DNA of 64,000 bases, from the NCBI GenBank assembly GCA_016177705.1, contig JACOUT010000009.1:48057-112056 (forward strand). Direction: 5' to 3'. Under the pieces are notes generated by a model that saw only the letters and a list, made by a program, of their open reading frames with translations, did no database searches and was not told the origin of the DNA. The first letter of the stretch is position 1, and each line of letters opens with the position of its first letter. Below are positions 11,439 through 20,765 of this stretch, piece after piece. The translations under genes were made by a program, and so were the position numbers. This DNA is from Deltaproteobacteria bacterium. GTDB taxonomy: Bacteria > Myxococcota > UBA727 > VGSZ01.

Positions 11439-13051
11439 ACGCCGCGGTTGAACTGCGGGAACAGAAAGCGCACGCCGACGCCGATCGAGTGGTGCGGCTT
11501 CGCTTCGGCCGGCTCGAAGAAGATGGCGCCGGCGTCGTAGAAGGCAGCCAAACCGAGCTGGATGGTGGCGAGGTCGATGGGCAGGCTGCGCCACTCGAGC
11601 GTGCTCTGCGCCAGGCTGGCGCCGACGTCGTAGAAGGCGCTGCTCGGGTAGCCGCGCAGGCCGTTGTCACCGCCGAGCGTGACCAGCGTGTTGGTCTCGT
11701 CCTCGCGCCGCAGCGTGGTGTCGAGGCGCACGAGCAAGCGCCCCGCGAGCACGGGCGCGCTCGCCAGGCGCAGGCGCAGCGTGAGCGTGCGGTTCTTGAC
11801 CATGCCGTCCTCGAGCCGGGCGCCGCCCTCGGCGGCGGCCTCGACCAGGCCGCCCCAGGGGTCGTCGGCGATGGCGAAGGCGCCGGCGCCGAACACCGTG
11901 TCCGACGACGACAGCGCGGCCTTGCTGCCGGCGCCGATCAGCACCGACAGCGAGGGGCCGAGGCGCACCGGCTCCGAGATGCCGAAGGTGTCGAGGTCCT
12001 CGTAGATACGGTGCTTGGCGGCGAAGCCCTGGTAGGCGAGGAAGGGGAAGAGCGTGCGGCGCGTCGGCGGCAGCACCTCGCGCGCGAAGGCGTCGGCGAG
12101 CGCGGGCGGCAGCTTGGTCTCCTCGATCGGCTCGGCCGCGTCGTCGATGAAACCGACGCCGAGCGCGAGGCGGTGGACCAAGAGCTGGGTGAATTGGCGG
12201 CGCAACCTCGCGTCGATGGTGACGTTGCGCTCGCCCCAGATGCTCGGCACTTGTTCGACGGCCGGGGTGCCGGCGGCGTCCCACGGCAGCGGCTCGCCGT
12301 CGAGCATCTGACGCCGCGTGCGCGCCTCGACGCTGCCCTCGACGGAGAAGCCCCATTGCTGCGCCAGGTCGTAGAGCGGTGCGCCGGCGGTGATCAGGCC
12401 GGCGACGCCGTCGAAGCGGCCGTCGAGCCGCGAGAAGAACGCCTCGACGTGCTCGCCCGCCTCGAGCCCGCCGCCAAAGACGCGCGGGTCGTAGAGGATC
12501 TCGCCGACCGACCACGACGAGGGGTCCATGGTGAAGCGCAGCGTCGCCACCTTGGCGCGCCCGAGCAGGTTGCGCTCGGTCAGCTGCAACAACAGCCGAT
12601 CGATCGAGGGGCCGGTCACCTGGAAGCCCTGCTCGAGGCGCAGGCTCCAGAGATCGCGCACGAACACCAAGACGCCGACGGCGCCGTCGGCGGCGCGGCG
12701 CACCGGCGTCACGCGCACGAACGAGAAGATGAACATGGCGCGCAAGATGCGCGCGCTCTCGTCGAGACGCTCGAAGGGCCCGCCGACCGCGAACAGCAGC
12801 TCGCGCTCGACGACGTCCTTGGCGGTCTGCACGTGCGCCAGGTTGAACCAGTCGGGCCAGAAGTCGTCGGGCGTGAACACGTCGTGGCCGACCACGCGCA
12901 CGAAGGCGACGCGATCGCCGGCGGTCGGTGCGAACGGCGCGAGCCCCTCGCCCGCCAACACCTCGGCAAGGCGCTCGTCCTCGTAGGTGCGGGCGTCGGC
13001 GGCGCCGTCCACCTGGACGGTGAGCAAAAGGCACAGCGCGAGAGGTGTCAC
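11315..13051 (-). CDS. Omp85-superfamily outer-membrane beta-barrel protein (BamA/TamA/surface antigen D15-like)
   Basis: 578 aa. Signal peptide. A C-terminal Bac_surface_Ag-type region (GLRGYPSSAFYDVGAS…FYDAGAIF…IGVGVRFLFP…YRLDLAAPL). A short non-canonical tail follows the barrel. Confidence 0.7.
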   Translation of the reverse strand: MTPLALCLLLTVQVDGAADARTYEDERLAEVLAGEGLAPFAPTAGDRVAFVRVVGHDVFTPDDFWPDWFNLAHVQTAKDVVERELLFAVGGPFERLDESARILRAMFIFSFVRVTPVRRAADGAVGVLVFVRDLWSLRLEQGFQVTGPSIDRLLLQLTERNLLGRAKVATLRFTMDPSSWSVGEILYDPRVFGGGLEAGEHVEAFFSRLDGRFDGVAGLITAGAPLYDLAQQWGFSVEGSVEARTRRQMLDGEPLPWDAAGTPAVEQVPSIWGERNVTIDARLRRQFTQLLVHRLALGVGFIDDAAEPIEETKLPPALADAFAREVLPPTRRTLFPFLAYQGFAAKHRIYEDLDTFGISEPVRLGPSLSVLIGAGSKAALSSSDTVFGAGAFAIADDPWGGLVEAAAEGGARLEDGMVKNRTLTLRLRLASAPVLAGRLLVRLDTTLRREDETNTLVTLGGDNGLRGYPSSAFYDVGASLAQSTLEWRSLPIDLATIQLGLAAFYDAGAIFFEPAEAKPHHSIGVGVRFLFPQFNRGVYRLDLAAPLDELGVRVLLSFGDTQMVEHGRAAFDRLVPRK

Positions 13052-13139
13052 CGGCGCGAGAGTCTAGCGCCGTCGCGATTCCCGCTGGTCAGCGTCGCCG
13101 AAGTGGCTAGGATGCCCCGCCCACACCCCGGGGGGAACC

Positions 13140-15065
13140 ATGACGTCAACCAGCACCGACACCACGAGCAAGACCAACGCGCCGCCCGTCCTTGGCGGCA
13201 ACGGGAGCCCCATGACGAGCGGGAGCACCAGCAAGAGCGGCATCGCCAAGGCGCCGGGAGGCACCGTCAGCGTCGCGAGCCTGTTCCTCGATCGCGTCGC
13301 TGCCACCCCCGACCGCAAGGCCTTCACCGTGCCGAGCGCCGGCGGTTGGAAGACGCTCACCTGGAAGGAGACGCGCGAGCGCGTCATGGCCATCGCGTGC
13401 GGCCTGCGCGCGCTCGGCCTCGAGAGCGAGCAGCGCTGCGCCATCCTGTCGGGCACGCGGCTCGATTGGATCCTCGCCGACATCGGCATCTTGTGCGCGG
13501 GCGGCGCCACTACCACCATCTACCCCCAGAACACGCCGGATGAGTGCGCCTACATCCTGAACGACTCGAACACCGTGCTCGCCCTCGCCGAGGACGACAA
13601 CCAGGTGGCCAAGCTGGTCGCCAAGCGCGCCGAGCTGCCCAAGCTCAAGCACGTCATCACCTTCGACGGCAAGCCGAGCGCCGATGGCTTCGTGCTCACG
13701 CTCGCCTCGCTCGAGGAGAAGGGCCGCGAGGCGCATGCCAAGGCGCCCGACGATTTCGAGAAGATCGCGCGCGCGGTCAAGAACGACGCGCTCGCCACGC
13801 TCATCTACACCTCGGGCACCACCGGCAAGCCCAAGGGCGTCGAGCTGACCCACGACTGCTGGGTGTACACGGCCGAGGCGCTCGAGGCCGCCGGCATCCT
13901 CGGCCTCGATGACGTGCAGCTCTTGTGGCTGCCGATGGCGCACTCCTTCGGCAAGGTGCTCGAGGTCATCCAGATCAAGCTGGGCTTCGAGACCGCGGTC
14001 GATGGGCGGCAGGACAAGCTCGTCGACAACCTGGCGGCCATCAAGCCGACCTTCGTCGGCGCCGTGCCGCGCGTGTTCGAGAAGGTCTACAACAAGGTGA
14101 TCGCCGGAGCGAAGGAAGGCGGCGGCCTCAAGTACGCCATCTTCAAGTGGGCGGTGGAGAACGGCAAGCAGGCTTCGGCGCTGCGCCAGCAAGGCAAGCA
14201 GCCCGACGGCTTCCTCGCGTGGAAGCTCGGCATCGCCGACAAGCTGGTGTTCTCCAAGCTGCGCGACAAGTTCGGCGGCCGCCTCCGATTCTTCGTCTCG
14301 GGCAGCGCGCCGCTGTCGCGTGAGGTGCACCAGTTCTTCGACGCCGCCAACATCCTGATCCTCGAGGGCTACGGCCTGACCGAGACCAGCGCGGCGTCGT
14401 TCGTCAACCTGCCGAACAAGTTCCGCATCGGCACCGTGGGCCCGCCGCTGCCCGGCACCGAGATCAAGATCGTGCCCGAGGACGGCGAGATCCTGATCAA
14501 GGGTCGCGGCGTCATGCGCGGCTACCACGGCCTGAAAGAGCAGACCGCCGAGACGCTGCGTCCCGACGGCTGGCTCGCCACCGGCGACATCGGCGAGTTC
14601 GTCGACGGCTTCCTGCGCATCACCGATCGCAAGAAGGATCTGATCAAGACCTCGGGCGGCAAGTACGTCGCGCCGCAGGCGGGCGAGGGCAAGCTGAAGG
14701 CGATGTGTCCGCTGCTCAGCCAGGTGGTGGTGCACGGCAACAACCGCCAGTTCTGTTCCATGCTGGTCAGCCTCGAGCCCGAGGCGGCCAAGAAGTGGGC
14801 GGCCGAAAACGGCCTCGGCGCGCTCTCGTACGAGGAGCTGACCAAGAACGACGCGATGAAGGCAGCCATCCAGGGCTACATCGATCAGCTCAACGCCGGC
14901 CTGGCGCGTTACGAGTCCATCAAGAAGTTCGCCATCCTGCCGAAGGACCTCACCGTCGAGGACGGCGATCTCACGCCCACCTTGAAGCTCAAGCGCAAGG
15001 CGGTCGAGACCAAGTACAAGGAGCTGCTCGACAGCTTCTACGTCGGCGCTGTCGCCGACGTGTAG
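13140..15065 (+). CDS. long-chain fatty-acid–CoA ligase (AMP-dependent synthetase)
   Basis: 641 aa with the IYTSGTTGKPKGVELTH AMP-binding motif and LEGYGLTETS. Confidence 0.88.
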   Translation: MTSTSTDTTSKTNAPPVLGGNGSPMTSGSTSKSGIAKAPGGTVSVASLFLDRVAATPDRKAFTVPSAGGWKTLTWKETRERVMAIACGLRALGLESEQRCAILSGTRLDWILADIGILCAGGATTTIYPQNTPDECAYILNDSNTVLALAEDDNQVAKLVAKRAELPKLKHVITFDGKPSADGFVLTLASLEEKGREAHAKAPDDFEKIARAVKNDALATLIYTSGTTGKPKGVELTHDCWVYTAEALEAAGILGLDDVQLLWLPMAHSFGKVLEVIQIKLGFETAVDGRQDKLVDNLAAIKPTFVGAVPRVFEKVYNKVIAGAKEGGGLKYAIFKWAVENGKQASALRQQGKQPDGFLAWKLGIADKLVFSKLRDKFGGRLRFFVSGSAPLSREVHQFFDAANILILEGYGLTETSAASFVNLPNKFRIGTVGPPLPGTEIKIVPEDGEILIKGRGVMRGYHGLKEQTAETLRPDGWLATGDIGEFVDGFLRITDRKKDLIKTSGGKYVAPQAGEGKLKAMCPLLSQVVVHGNNRQFCSMLVSLEPEAAKKWAAENGLGALSYEELTKNDAMKAAIQGYIDQLNAGLARYESIKKFAILPKDLTVEDGDLTPTLKLKRKAVETKYKELLDSFYVGAVADV

Positions 15066-15085
15066 CTCAGGCGCGGGCACCGACC

Positions 15086-16444
15086 ATGTCGCGCTGCCCG
15101 TTGCCGCTGTGCCTCTGCTGCGGCGTCCTCGCCGGTTTGGGCTGCGCGCCCACGCTGGTCGAGGACGCGCAGCTTCTGGGGCCGTTCACAACGCAAGGAT
15201 CCTTCATCGTCGACGCGCACGGCGGGCGCCTCCTGTTGCGCGGCGCCAACCTGTCGCAGACCGCCAAGAGCGAGCCCTACCACCCGGCCGAGCTCGAGGG
15301 TGAAGGGCGCGCGCTCGTGGCGGCCCATGGCCCGATGGCGATCCGCTACCTGACGTCGTGGGCGGCCATCGAGCCAGATGAGGGCGCGTACGACCAAGCG
15401 TACCTCGATGGGATGGCCGAGCGCCTCGGCGCGCTCGGTGACGACGGCCACCTGGTGGTGCTCGATCTGCACCAGGATCTGTTCGGCGTCGGTTTCGCCG
15501 GCGCCAACGGCGCGCCCCGTTTCGCATGCGACGAGAGCGCGTATGCGGCCTACACGCCGGAGTCGCCGTGGTTTCGCAACTACTACGATGAGGCGGTGCA
15601 GGGCTGCTTCGACGCGCTGTTCGCCGATGAGGCACGGCTGCGCCAGATGGCGCGCGCGCTGCGCTCCGCGGTCGACGCGGTGCAGGCAGTGGCGCCGAAC
15701 GCGCTCGTCGGCGTCGACCTGCTGAACGAGCCGCACCCGGGCAGCCGCGCGCCCGCCGACTTCGACGTGCTGTTGGCGCGCTACTACCAGATCGCGGCCG
15801 AGGAGCTCGACGGCACCGGCCTGGTCTTGCTGTTCGAGCCGAACGTGCTGCACAACCTGGGCGAGGCGACCGCGCTGTCGGCCGCGCCCTCGAGCGCGTC
15901 GCTGTACGCGCCGCACCTGTACCCGGCCGACGTCGAGCTCGGTCGCTACACGGACGTTAGCGCGCTGGCCGGGCTGCTCGCTGACGACGCCGCCGAGGCC
16001 GCGGCGCTCGGCACACCGCTCGTCATCGGGGAGTACGGGCCGAAGCTGGACGACCCCGCGGCGGTGCCCTTCGTCGAGGACGCGCTCGCCATCCTCGACG
16101 AGAGCTTCGCCGGCGCCTTCTCCTGGGACTGGTCGGCGGCGAGCGACCGCGGCCTGCTGCACGAGGGCGCCGAGGAGGTGCGTCGCGCGGAGCTGCGACC
16201 GCACGCCCGCCGCGTCGCCGGTGCGTTGGTGCGCCACCGCTTCGATCCGGCGAGCGCCACGCTCGAGGTCGAGTGGGCGGACGACGGCGCCATCGGCGCC
16301 ACCGAGATCGTGGCGGCGGGGTGGGGGACGCCCACGGTCGTCGAGCTGAGCGACGGCGGGGCCGCGCTCGAAGGGGCGCTGTTGCGGGTACGCGCGAGCA
16401 CTCAGGTCGAGACCCACCGCGTGGTGGTGTCGTTCGGCGAGTAA
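15086..16444 (+). CDS. glycoside hydrolase family 5 lipoprotein
   Basis: Start at the internal ATG with lipobox MSRCPLPLCLCCGVLAGLGC. GH5 catalytic motifs LLNEPH (acid/base Glu) and VIGEYGP (nucleophile Glu). Confidence 0.7.
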   Translation: MSRCPLPLCLCCGVLAGLGCAPTLVEDAQLLGPFTTQGSFIVDAHGGRLLLRGANLSQTAKSEPYHPAELEGEGRALVAAHGPMAIRYLTSWAAIEPDEGAYDQAYLDGMAERLGALGDDGHLVVLDLHQDLFGVGFAGANGAPRFACDESAYAAYTPESPWFRNYYDEAVQGCFDALFADEARLRQMARALRSAVDAVQAVAPNALVGVDLLNEPHPGSRAPADFDVLLARYYQIAAEELDGTGLVLLFEPNVLHNLGEATALSAAPSSASLYAPHLYPADVELGRYTDVSALAGLLADDAAEAAALGTPLVIGEYGPKLDDPAAVPFVEDALAILDESFAGAFSWDWSAASDRGLLHEGAEEVRRAELRPHARRVAGALVRHRFDPASATLEVEWADDGAIGATEIVAAGWGTPTVVELSDGGAALEGALLRVRASTQVETHRVVVSFGE

Positions 16445-16533
16445 GCTTCGTCCGCGAAGTCGATTGTGGGAAAGAGCGGTTGCCAGCGCTCGCCGGCTCC
16501 TTCTAAGGTCCGCGCGCACCTTCCGGGGATACC

Positions 16534-17436
16534 ATGGCAGATCAGCCCTCTTTCATTGGCGAGCGCGCCGCACGCCAACTCTCCAACACCACCAAGACGC
16601 CGCCGCAGTGGCGCGGCGCGAGCCCCCGCTGGCTGACGCAGATGCTGCCGTGGGTGCCGGTGGAGGCGGGCGTCTACCGCGTCAACCAGGCGCTCGACGA
16701 CAAGTTCGAGCTGCGCTGTACGCCCGACCCCGCGGCGTCGTTGCCGGTCGGCCTCTCCGACTATGAGGCGCAGCCGCGCGAGTACGTGCTCTCCTCGGTG
16801 ACGACGACCATCGCCGTGCACACGCGCGTCTCCGACCTGTTCCGCAGCCCGATGGATCAGACGAAAGAGCAGCTCACCCTCGCCATCGACAAGTTGAAGG
16901 AGAAGCAAGAGGACGAGCTGATCAACAACGCGAGCTACGGCCTGATCAACAACGCCGACCCCGAGATGCGCGTCAAGACGCGCAAGGGCCCGCCCACGCC
17001 CGACGACATGGACGAGCTGATCGCGACGGTGTGGAAGGAGCCCTCCTTCTTCCTCGCGCACCCGAAGGCCATCGCTGCCTTCGGCCGCGAGTGCACCCGT
17101 CGCGGCGTGCCGCCGCCCACGGCGACCATGTTCGGCGCGCCCTTCCTCACCTGGCGCGGGCTGCCGCTCGTGCCCTGCGACAAGCTCCGCATCAAGGACA
17201 ACAAGACAAACGTGCTGTTGCTGCGCACCGGCGAGCGCAAGCGCGGCGTGGTCGGCCTGTTCCAGCCGGGCTTGCCCGGCGAAGTGAGCCCGAGCTTGAG
17301 CGTGCGCATGATGGGCATCAACGCGCAGGGCGCGACGCAGTACCTGCTGTCGCTCTACTGCTCGACGGCGGTGTTGGTGCACGACGCGCTCGGTGTGCTC
17401 GAGGGCGTGACGGTGAACCACTATTACGACTACTGA
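16534..17436 (+). CDS. Family 2A encapsulin shell protein (HK97-fold nanocompartment)
   Basis: 300 aa, the Family 2 size class, with no cNMP-binding insertion. It lies 23 nt upstream of a SufS-like cysteine desulfurase that carries a long disordered N-terminal extension and is followed by a rhodanese gene. This is the canonical Family 2A operon arrangement. Confidence 0.55.
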   Translation: MADQPSFIGERAARQLSNTTKTPPQWRGASPRWLTQMLPWVPVEAGVYRVNQALDDKFELRCTPDPAASLPVGLSDYEAQPREYVLSSVTTTIAVHTRVSDLFRSPMDQTKEQLTLAIDKLKEKQEDELINNASYGLINNADPEMRVKTRKGPPTPDDMDELIATVWKEPSFFLAHPKAIAAFGRECTRRGVPPPTATMFGAPFLTWRGLPLVPCDKLRIKDNKTNVLLLRTGERKRGVVGLFQPGLPGEVSPSLSVRMMGINAQGATQYLLSLYCSTAVLVHDALGVLEGVTVNHYYDY

Positions 17437-17459
17437 GGGGCACGAGTACGCCTGAGCCC

Positions 17460-19103
17460 ATGAACCCGACGGATCCGCTCTCACCGGGCGAGCTGGCGCT
17501 CGTCTCCCATGCGCCGACCGACGTCGAGCGCGGCGCCACGCCGCCGCTCGCGTCGCCCGGCGTGGGCATGGCGGCGACGCGCGTGCCGAGCGGGCCGAGC
17601 CTGCCCGACGCGCATCCTGCGAGCATGCACCTGGCGGCGGCCAACAGCGGGCTCGCAAACCCCTTCTTGGCGCCGCTCGACTTCTCCTCGGTGATGGCGT
17701 CGCCGAACGCGCCTGCCTCAAGCATGCCGGCGAGCTTCTCGGTGCCGCTGTTGCGCGACGACGTCCCCGCGGCGCCGGCGTCGCCGCCCGCACCTGCCGC
17801 CGCGCCGACCCCCGCTCCGCCGGTGCTCGACCTCGGGACGCTCGGGTTTGCCCCCGTGCCGGCGCTCGACGCGCCGGCATCGAGCGGATCGTTCGACGCG
17901 CACGCGCTCAAGCGCGAGTTTCCCATCCTGCAGGAGCGCGTGCACGGCAAGCCGCTCGTCTGGCTCGACAACGCGGCCACCACGCAGAAGCCGCGCATGG
18001 TCATCGAGCGGGTGAAGACCTTCTACGAGCGCGAGAACTCCAACATCCATCGCGCGGCGCACGCGCTGGCTGCTCGCGCCACCGACGCCTACGAGAGTGC
18101 GCGCGAGACGGTACGGCGCTTCCTGAACGCCTCGTCGGTGCGCGACGTGGTGTTCGTGCGCGGCGCCACCGAGGGCATCAACCTGGTGGCGCAGGCGTGG
18201 GGCAGGCGCAACGTCAAGGAGGGCGACGAGATCGTCGTCACCCACCTCGAGCACCACGCCAACATCGTGCCGTGGCAGATGCTGTGCAAAGAGACCGGCG
18301 CCATCCTGCGCGTCGCGCCCGTCGACGACACCGGGCAGGTGCTGCTCGACGACTACCAGCGGCTCTTGAGCGAGCGCACCAAGCTGGTGGCGCTGCCGCA
18401 GGTGTCGAACGCGCTCGGCACGGTGACGCCGGCCGCGCGCATGATCGAGATGGCGCATCGCCACGGTGCGCGCGTGCTGCTCGACGGCGCGCAGTCGGTG
18501 TCGCACCTGCGCGTCGACGTGCAGCAGCTCGGCTGTGACTTCTTCGTCTTCTCGGGGCACAAGGTGTTCGCGCCTACCGGCATCGGTGCGGTGGTGGCGC
18601 CGGCCGCGCTGCTCGACGAGACGCCGCCCTGGCAGGGCGGCGGCAACATGATCCAGGACGTCACCTTCGAGCGCACCGTGTACCAGCCGGCACCGGCGCG
18701 CTTCGAGGCCGGCACCGGCAACATCGCCGATGCGGTCGGGCTCGGCGCCGCGCTCGACTGGCTGTCGCGCGTGGGGCTCGAGAACGTCGAGCGGCACGAG
18801 CACGAGCTGCTGCGCTACGGCACCGAGAAGCTGCTCTCGGTGCCGGGCCTGCGCATCATCGGCACGGCGCCGGAGAAGGCGGGCGTGCTCTCCTTCGTCA
18901 TCGACGGGCACGACACGCAGACCATCGCCAAGGCGCTCGACCAGGAGGGCATCGCGGTGCGCGGCGGGCATCACTGCGCGCAGCCCATCCTGCGGCGCTT
19001 CGGACTCGAGAGCACGGTGCGTGCCTCGCTGGCGCCGTACAACACGCTCGAGGATCTCGACGCGCTGACGGCCGCTTTGTGTAGGATGGTGGGCGTCCGC
19101 TGA
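17460..19103 (+). CDS. SufS/CsdA-like cysteine desulfurase with a ~150-aa disordered N-terminal extension (putative encapsulin cargo)
   Basis: The class-V aminotransferase core starts near ALKREFPILQERVHGKPLVWLDNAATTQKP and includes HHANIVPWQ and FSGHKVFAPTGIGA. The N-terminus is Pro/Ala/Ser-rich low complexity. Confidence 0.85.
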   Translation: MNPTDPLSPGELALVSHAPTDVERGATPPLASPGVGMAATRVPSGPSLPDAHPASMHLAAANSGLANPFLAPLDFSSVMASPNAPASSMPASFSVPLLRDDVPAAPASPPAPAAAPTPAPPVLDLGTLGFAPVPALDAPASSGSFDAHALKREFPILQERVHGKPLVWLDNAATTQKPRMVIERVKTFYERENSNIHRAAHALAARATDAYESARETVRRFLNASSVRDVVFVRGATEGINLVAQAWGRRNVKEGDEIVVTHLEHHANIVPWQMLCKETGAILRVAPVDDTGQVLLDDYQRLLSERTKLVALPQVSNALGTVTPAARMIEMAHRHGARVLLDGAQSVSHLRVDVQQLGCDFFVFSGHKVFAPTGIGAVVAPAALLDETPPWQGGGNMIQDVTFERTVYQPAPARFEAGTGNIADAVGLGAALDWLSRVGLENVERHEHELLRYGTEKLLSVPGLRIIGTAPEKAGVLSFVIDGHDTQTIAKALDQEGIAVRGGHHCAQPILRRFGLESTVRASLAPYNTLEDLDALTAALCRMVGVR

Positions 19104-19114
19104 CGGCCCCACCC

Positions 19115-20038
19115 ATGAAGCTCCTCTCGCCCGTCGATCTGCAAGCGCTGCTCACCACCGACGTCGACATCGTCGACGTGCGTGAGCCCGCCGAGTGGCT
19201 GACCGGGCACGTGCCGGGCGCGCGCCTGGTGCCGCTCGCGCAGCTGCGCGCCGATCCCAGAGGTGCTTTGCCGCGCGACAACGTGGTGTTCATCTGCGCC
19301 AAGGGCAAGCGCAGCGAGACGGCCGCCGAGGTGGCGATGCAGATCGGGCGCGCGCAGGTCTACAGCTTGTCGGGCGGCACTGACGCCTGGCGCGCCGCCG
19401 GCCTGCCCATCGTCATGCCCGAGGCGCAGCGCCTCGCCCGAGGGGAGGGCGAGCCCGTGGCGCCGGTCGCCGAGCCCGAGCTGGACGCGCTGGTCGGCGC
19501 CAACCTGCACGCGGAGCGCAGCGCGCGCGGCCTGTCGCTCGACGACCTGGCGCGCGACTCGGGCGTCAGCCGCACGCTGCTCGGCCAGATCGAGCTCGGC
19601 CGCACCGTGCCGTCCATCGGCGTCATCTGGAAGATCGCGCAGGCGCTCGGCGTGCCCTTCTCGACGCTGTTGGCGAGCGCGGCGCCGCGCGTCGGCACCA
19701 CCATCACCGAGCGCGAGCAGGCAAAGAAGCTGACCTCGGCCGACGGCCGCTTCTCGTCGCGTGCGCTCTACCCGCTCGGCGACGCGCACGCCGCCGAGTT
19801 CTACGAGCTGTGGATGGCGCCGCACAGCCGCGAGGACGCCGAGCCGCACCGCCCGGGCACGCGCGAGAACCTGATCGTGGTCTCGGGCAGGCTCGAGTTG
19901 AAGGTGGGCAACGACAGCTTCCAGCTCGGCAAGGGCGCGGCGGTCAACTTCTCCGCGGATCAACCGCACAGCTACATCAACCGCTCCGGCGAGGAGTGCT
20001 GGATGTACCTGGTGATGAACTACGCCGGCCGCAAGTAG
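19115..20038 (+). CDS. rhodanese-domain, HTH_XRE and cupin fusion protein (putative sulfur-responsive regulator)
   Basis: N-terminal rhodanese (VDVREPAEWLTGHVPGARLVP…ICAKGKRS, active-site Cys). Middle XRE HTH (LSLDDLARDSGVSRTLLGQIELGRTVPSIGVIWKIAQALGV). C-terminal cupin. Confidence 0.7.
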   Translation: MKLLSPVDLQALLTTDVDIVDVREPAEWLTGHVPGARLVPLAQLRADPRGALPRDNVVFICAKGKRSETAAEVAMQIGRAQVYSLSGGTDAWRAAGLPIVMPEAQRLARGEGEPVAPVAEPELDALVGANLHAERSARGLSLDDLARDSGVSRTLLGQIELGRTVPSIGVIWKIAQALGVPFSTLLASAAPRVGTTITEREQAKKLTSADGRFSSRALYPLGDAHAAEFYELWMAPHSREDAEPHRPGTRENLIVVSGRLELKVGNDSFQLGKGAAVNFSADQPHSYINRSGEECWMYLVMNYAGRK

Positions 20039-20051
20039 CTCGCTGCACCTT

Positions 20052-20765
20052 TCAGCGCGCGCGCACGAAGAACGAGGCGAAGTACTGCTCGGCGTCCTTC
20101 GGCACGATGCGCAGCACGTCCGGTGTGCGCGACAGCGGCTCGCCGGCGTCGGTGGCGGCGCGCCACAGGCGAAACCAGACGCTCCGGCTCGACAGCAGCA
20201 CGCCCGCGAAGAAGCCGAACCAGCCGCCGGGCAGCGGGAGCAGCGAGCCGATGCCGACGTACGGGCGCGCGCAGCTCGGGCACCACGGGCGCGTGTTGAT
20301 CAGCCAGTTGGTCTTGGTGAGGTCGAGCGTCGCGTCGCAATTGACGCACAGGACCTGGAAGCGCACCGGCTCGCGCTCGACGTGCTTCGACAGGTCGAGC
20401 TCGAGGCCCGAACCATCGGGCGCCGCCTCGCCGACGCGGATCTCCTCGACGACGTCTTTGGCAAGGCGCGCCAGCTCGCCGCCATCGAGCCACGAGCAGC
20501 CGCACGAAGGACACAGGTCGACGAGCACGCCGCGCGCGCGCACCTCCGCGATGCGCGCGTCGCAGCTCGGGCAGGGGCCACGGGGGACACCGGCGCGCGC
20601 CAATTCCAGCAAGACCTCGGCGCGGATGCCGAGGATATCGACGAACAGCCGCTGCGAGGTCGCGGTGTCGAGCAAGCGCCCGTGACAGCGCGGGCACACG
20701 TCCTCGGCGAGCGCGCCCGAGCCCCTTCGTAGGTCGGTGCCGTCTCGGGGGCAGGTGTGCGCCAT
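20052..20765 (-). CDS. zinc-ribbon (zf-TFIIB-like) domain protein with a C-terminal membrane segment
   Basis: CPRCHG…, CPSCDARI…, CPSCGCSWLDGGEL… and CVNC…CPSC motifs. C-terminal hydrophobic stretch WFGFFAGVLLSS. Confidence 0.6.
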   Translation of the reverse strand: MAHTCPRDGTDLRRGSGALAEDVCPRCHGRLLDTATSQRLFVDILGIRAEVLLELARAGVPRGPCPSCDARIAEVRARGVLVDLCPSCGCSWLDGGELARLAKDVVEEIRVGEAAPDGSGLELDLSKHVEREPVRFQVLCVNCDATLDLTKTNWLINTRPWCPSCARPYVGIGSLLPLPGGWFGFFAGVLLSSRSVWFRLWRAATDAGEPLSRTPDVLRIVPKDAEQYFASFFVRAR

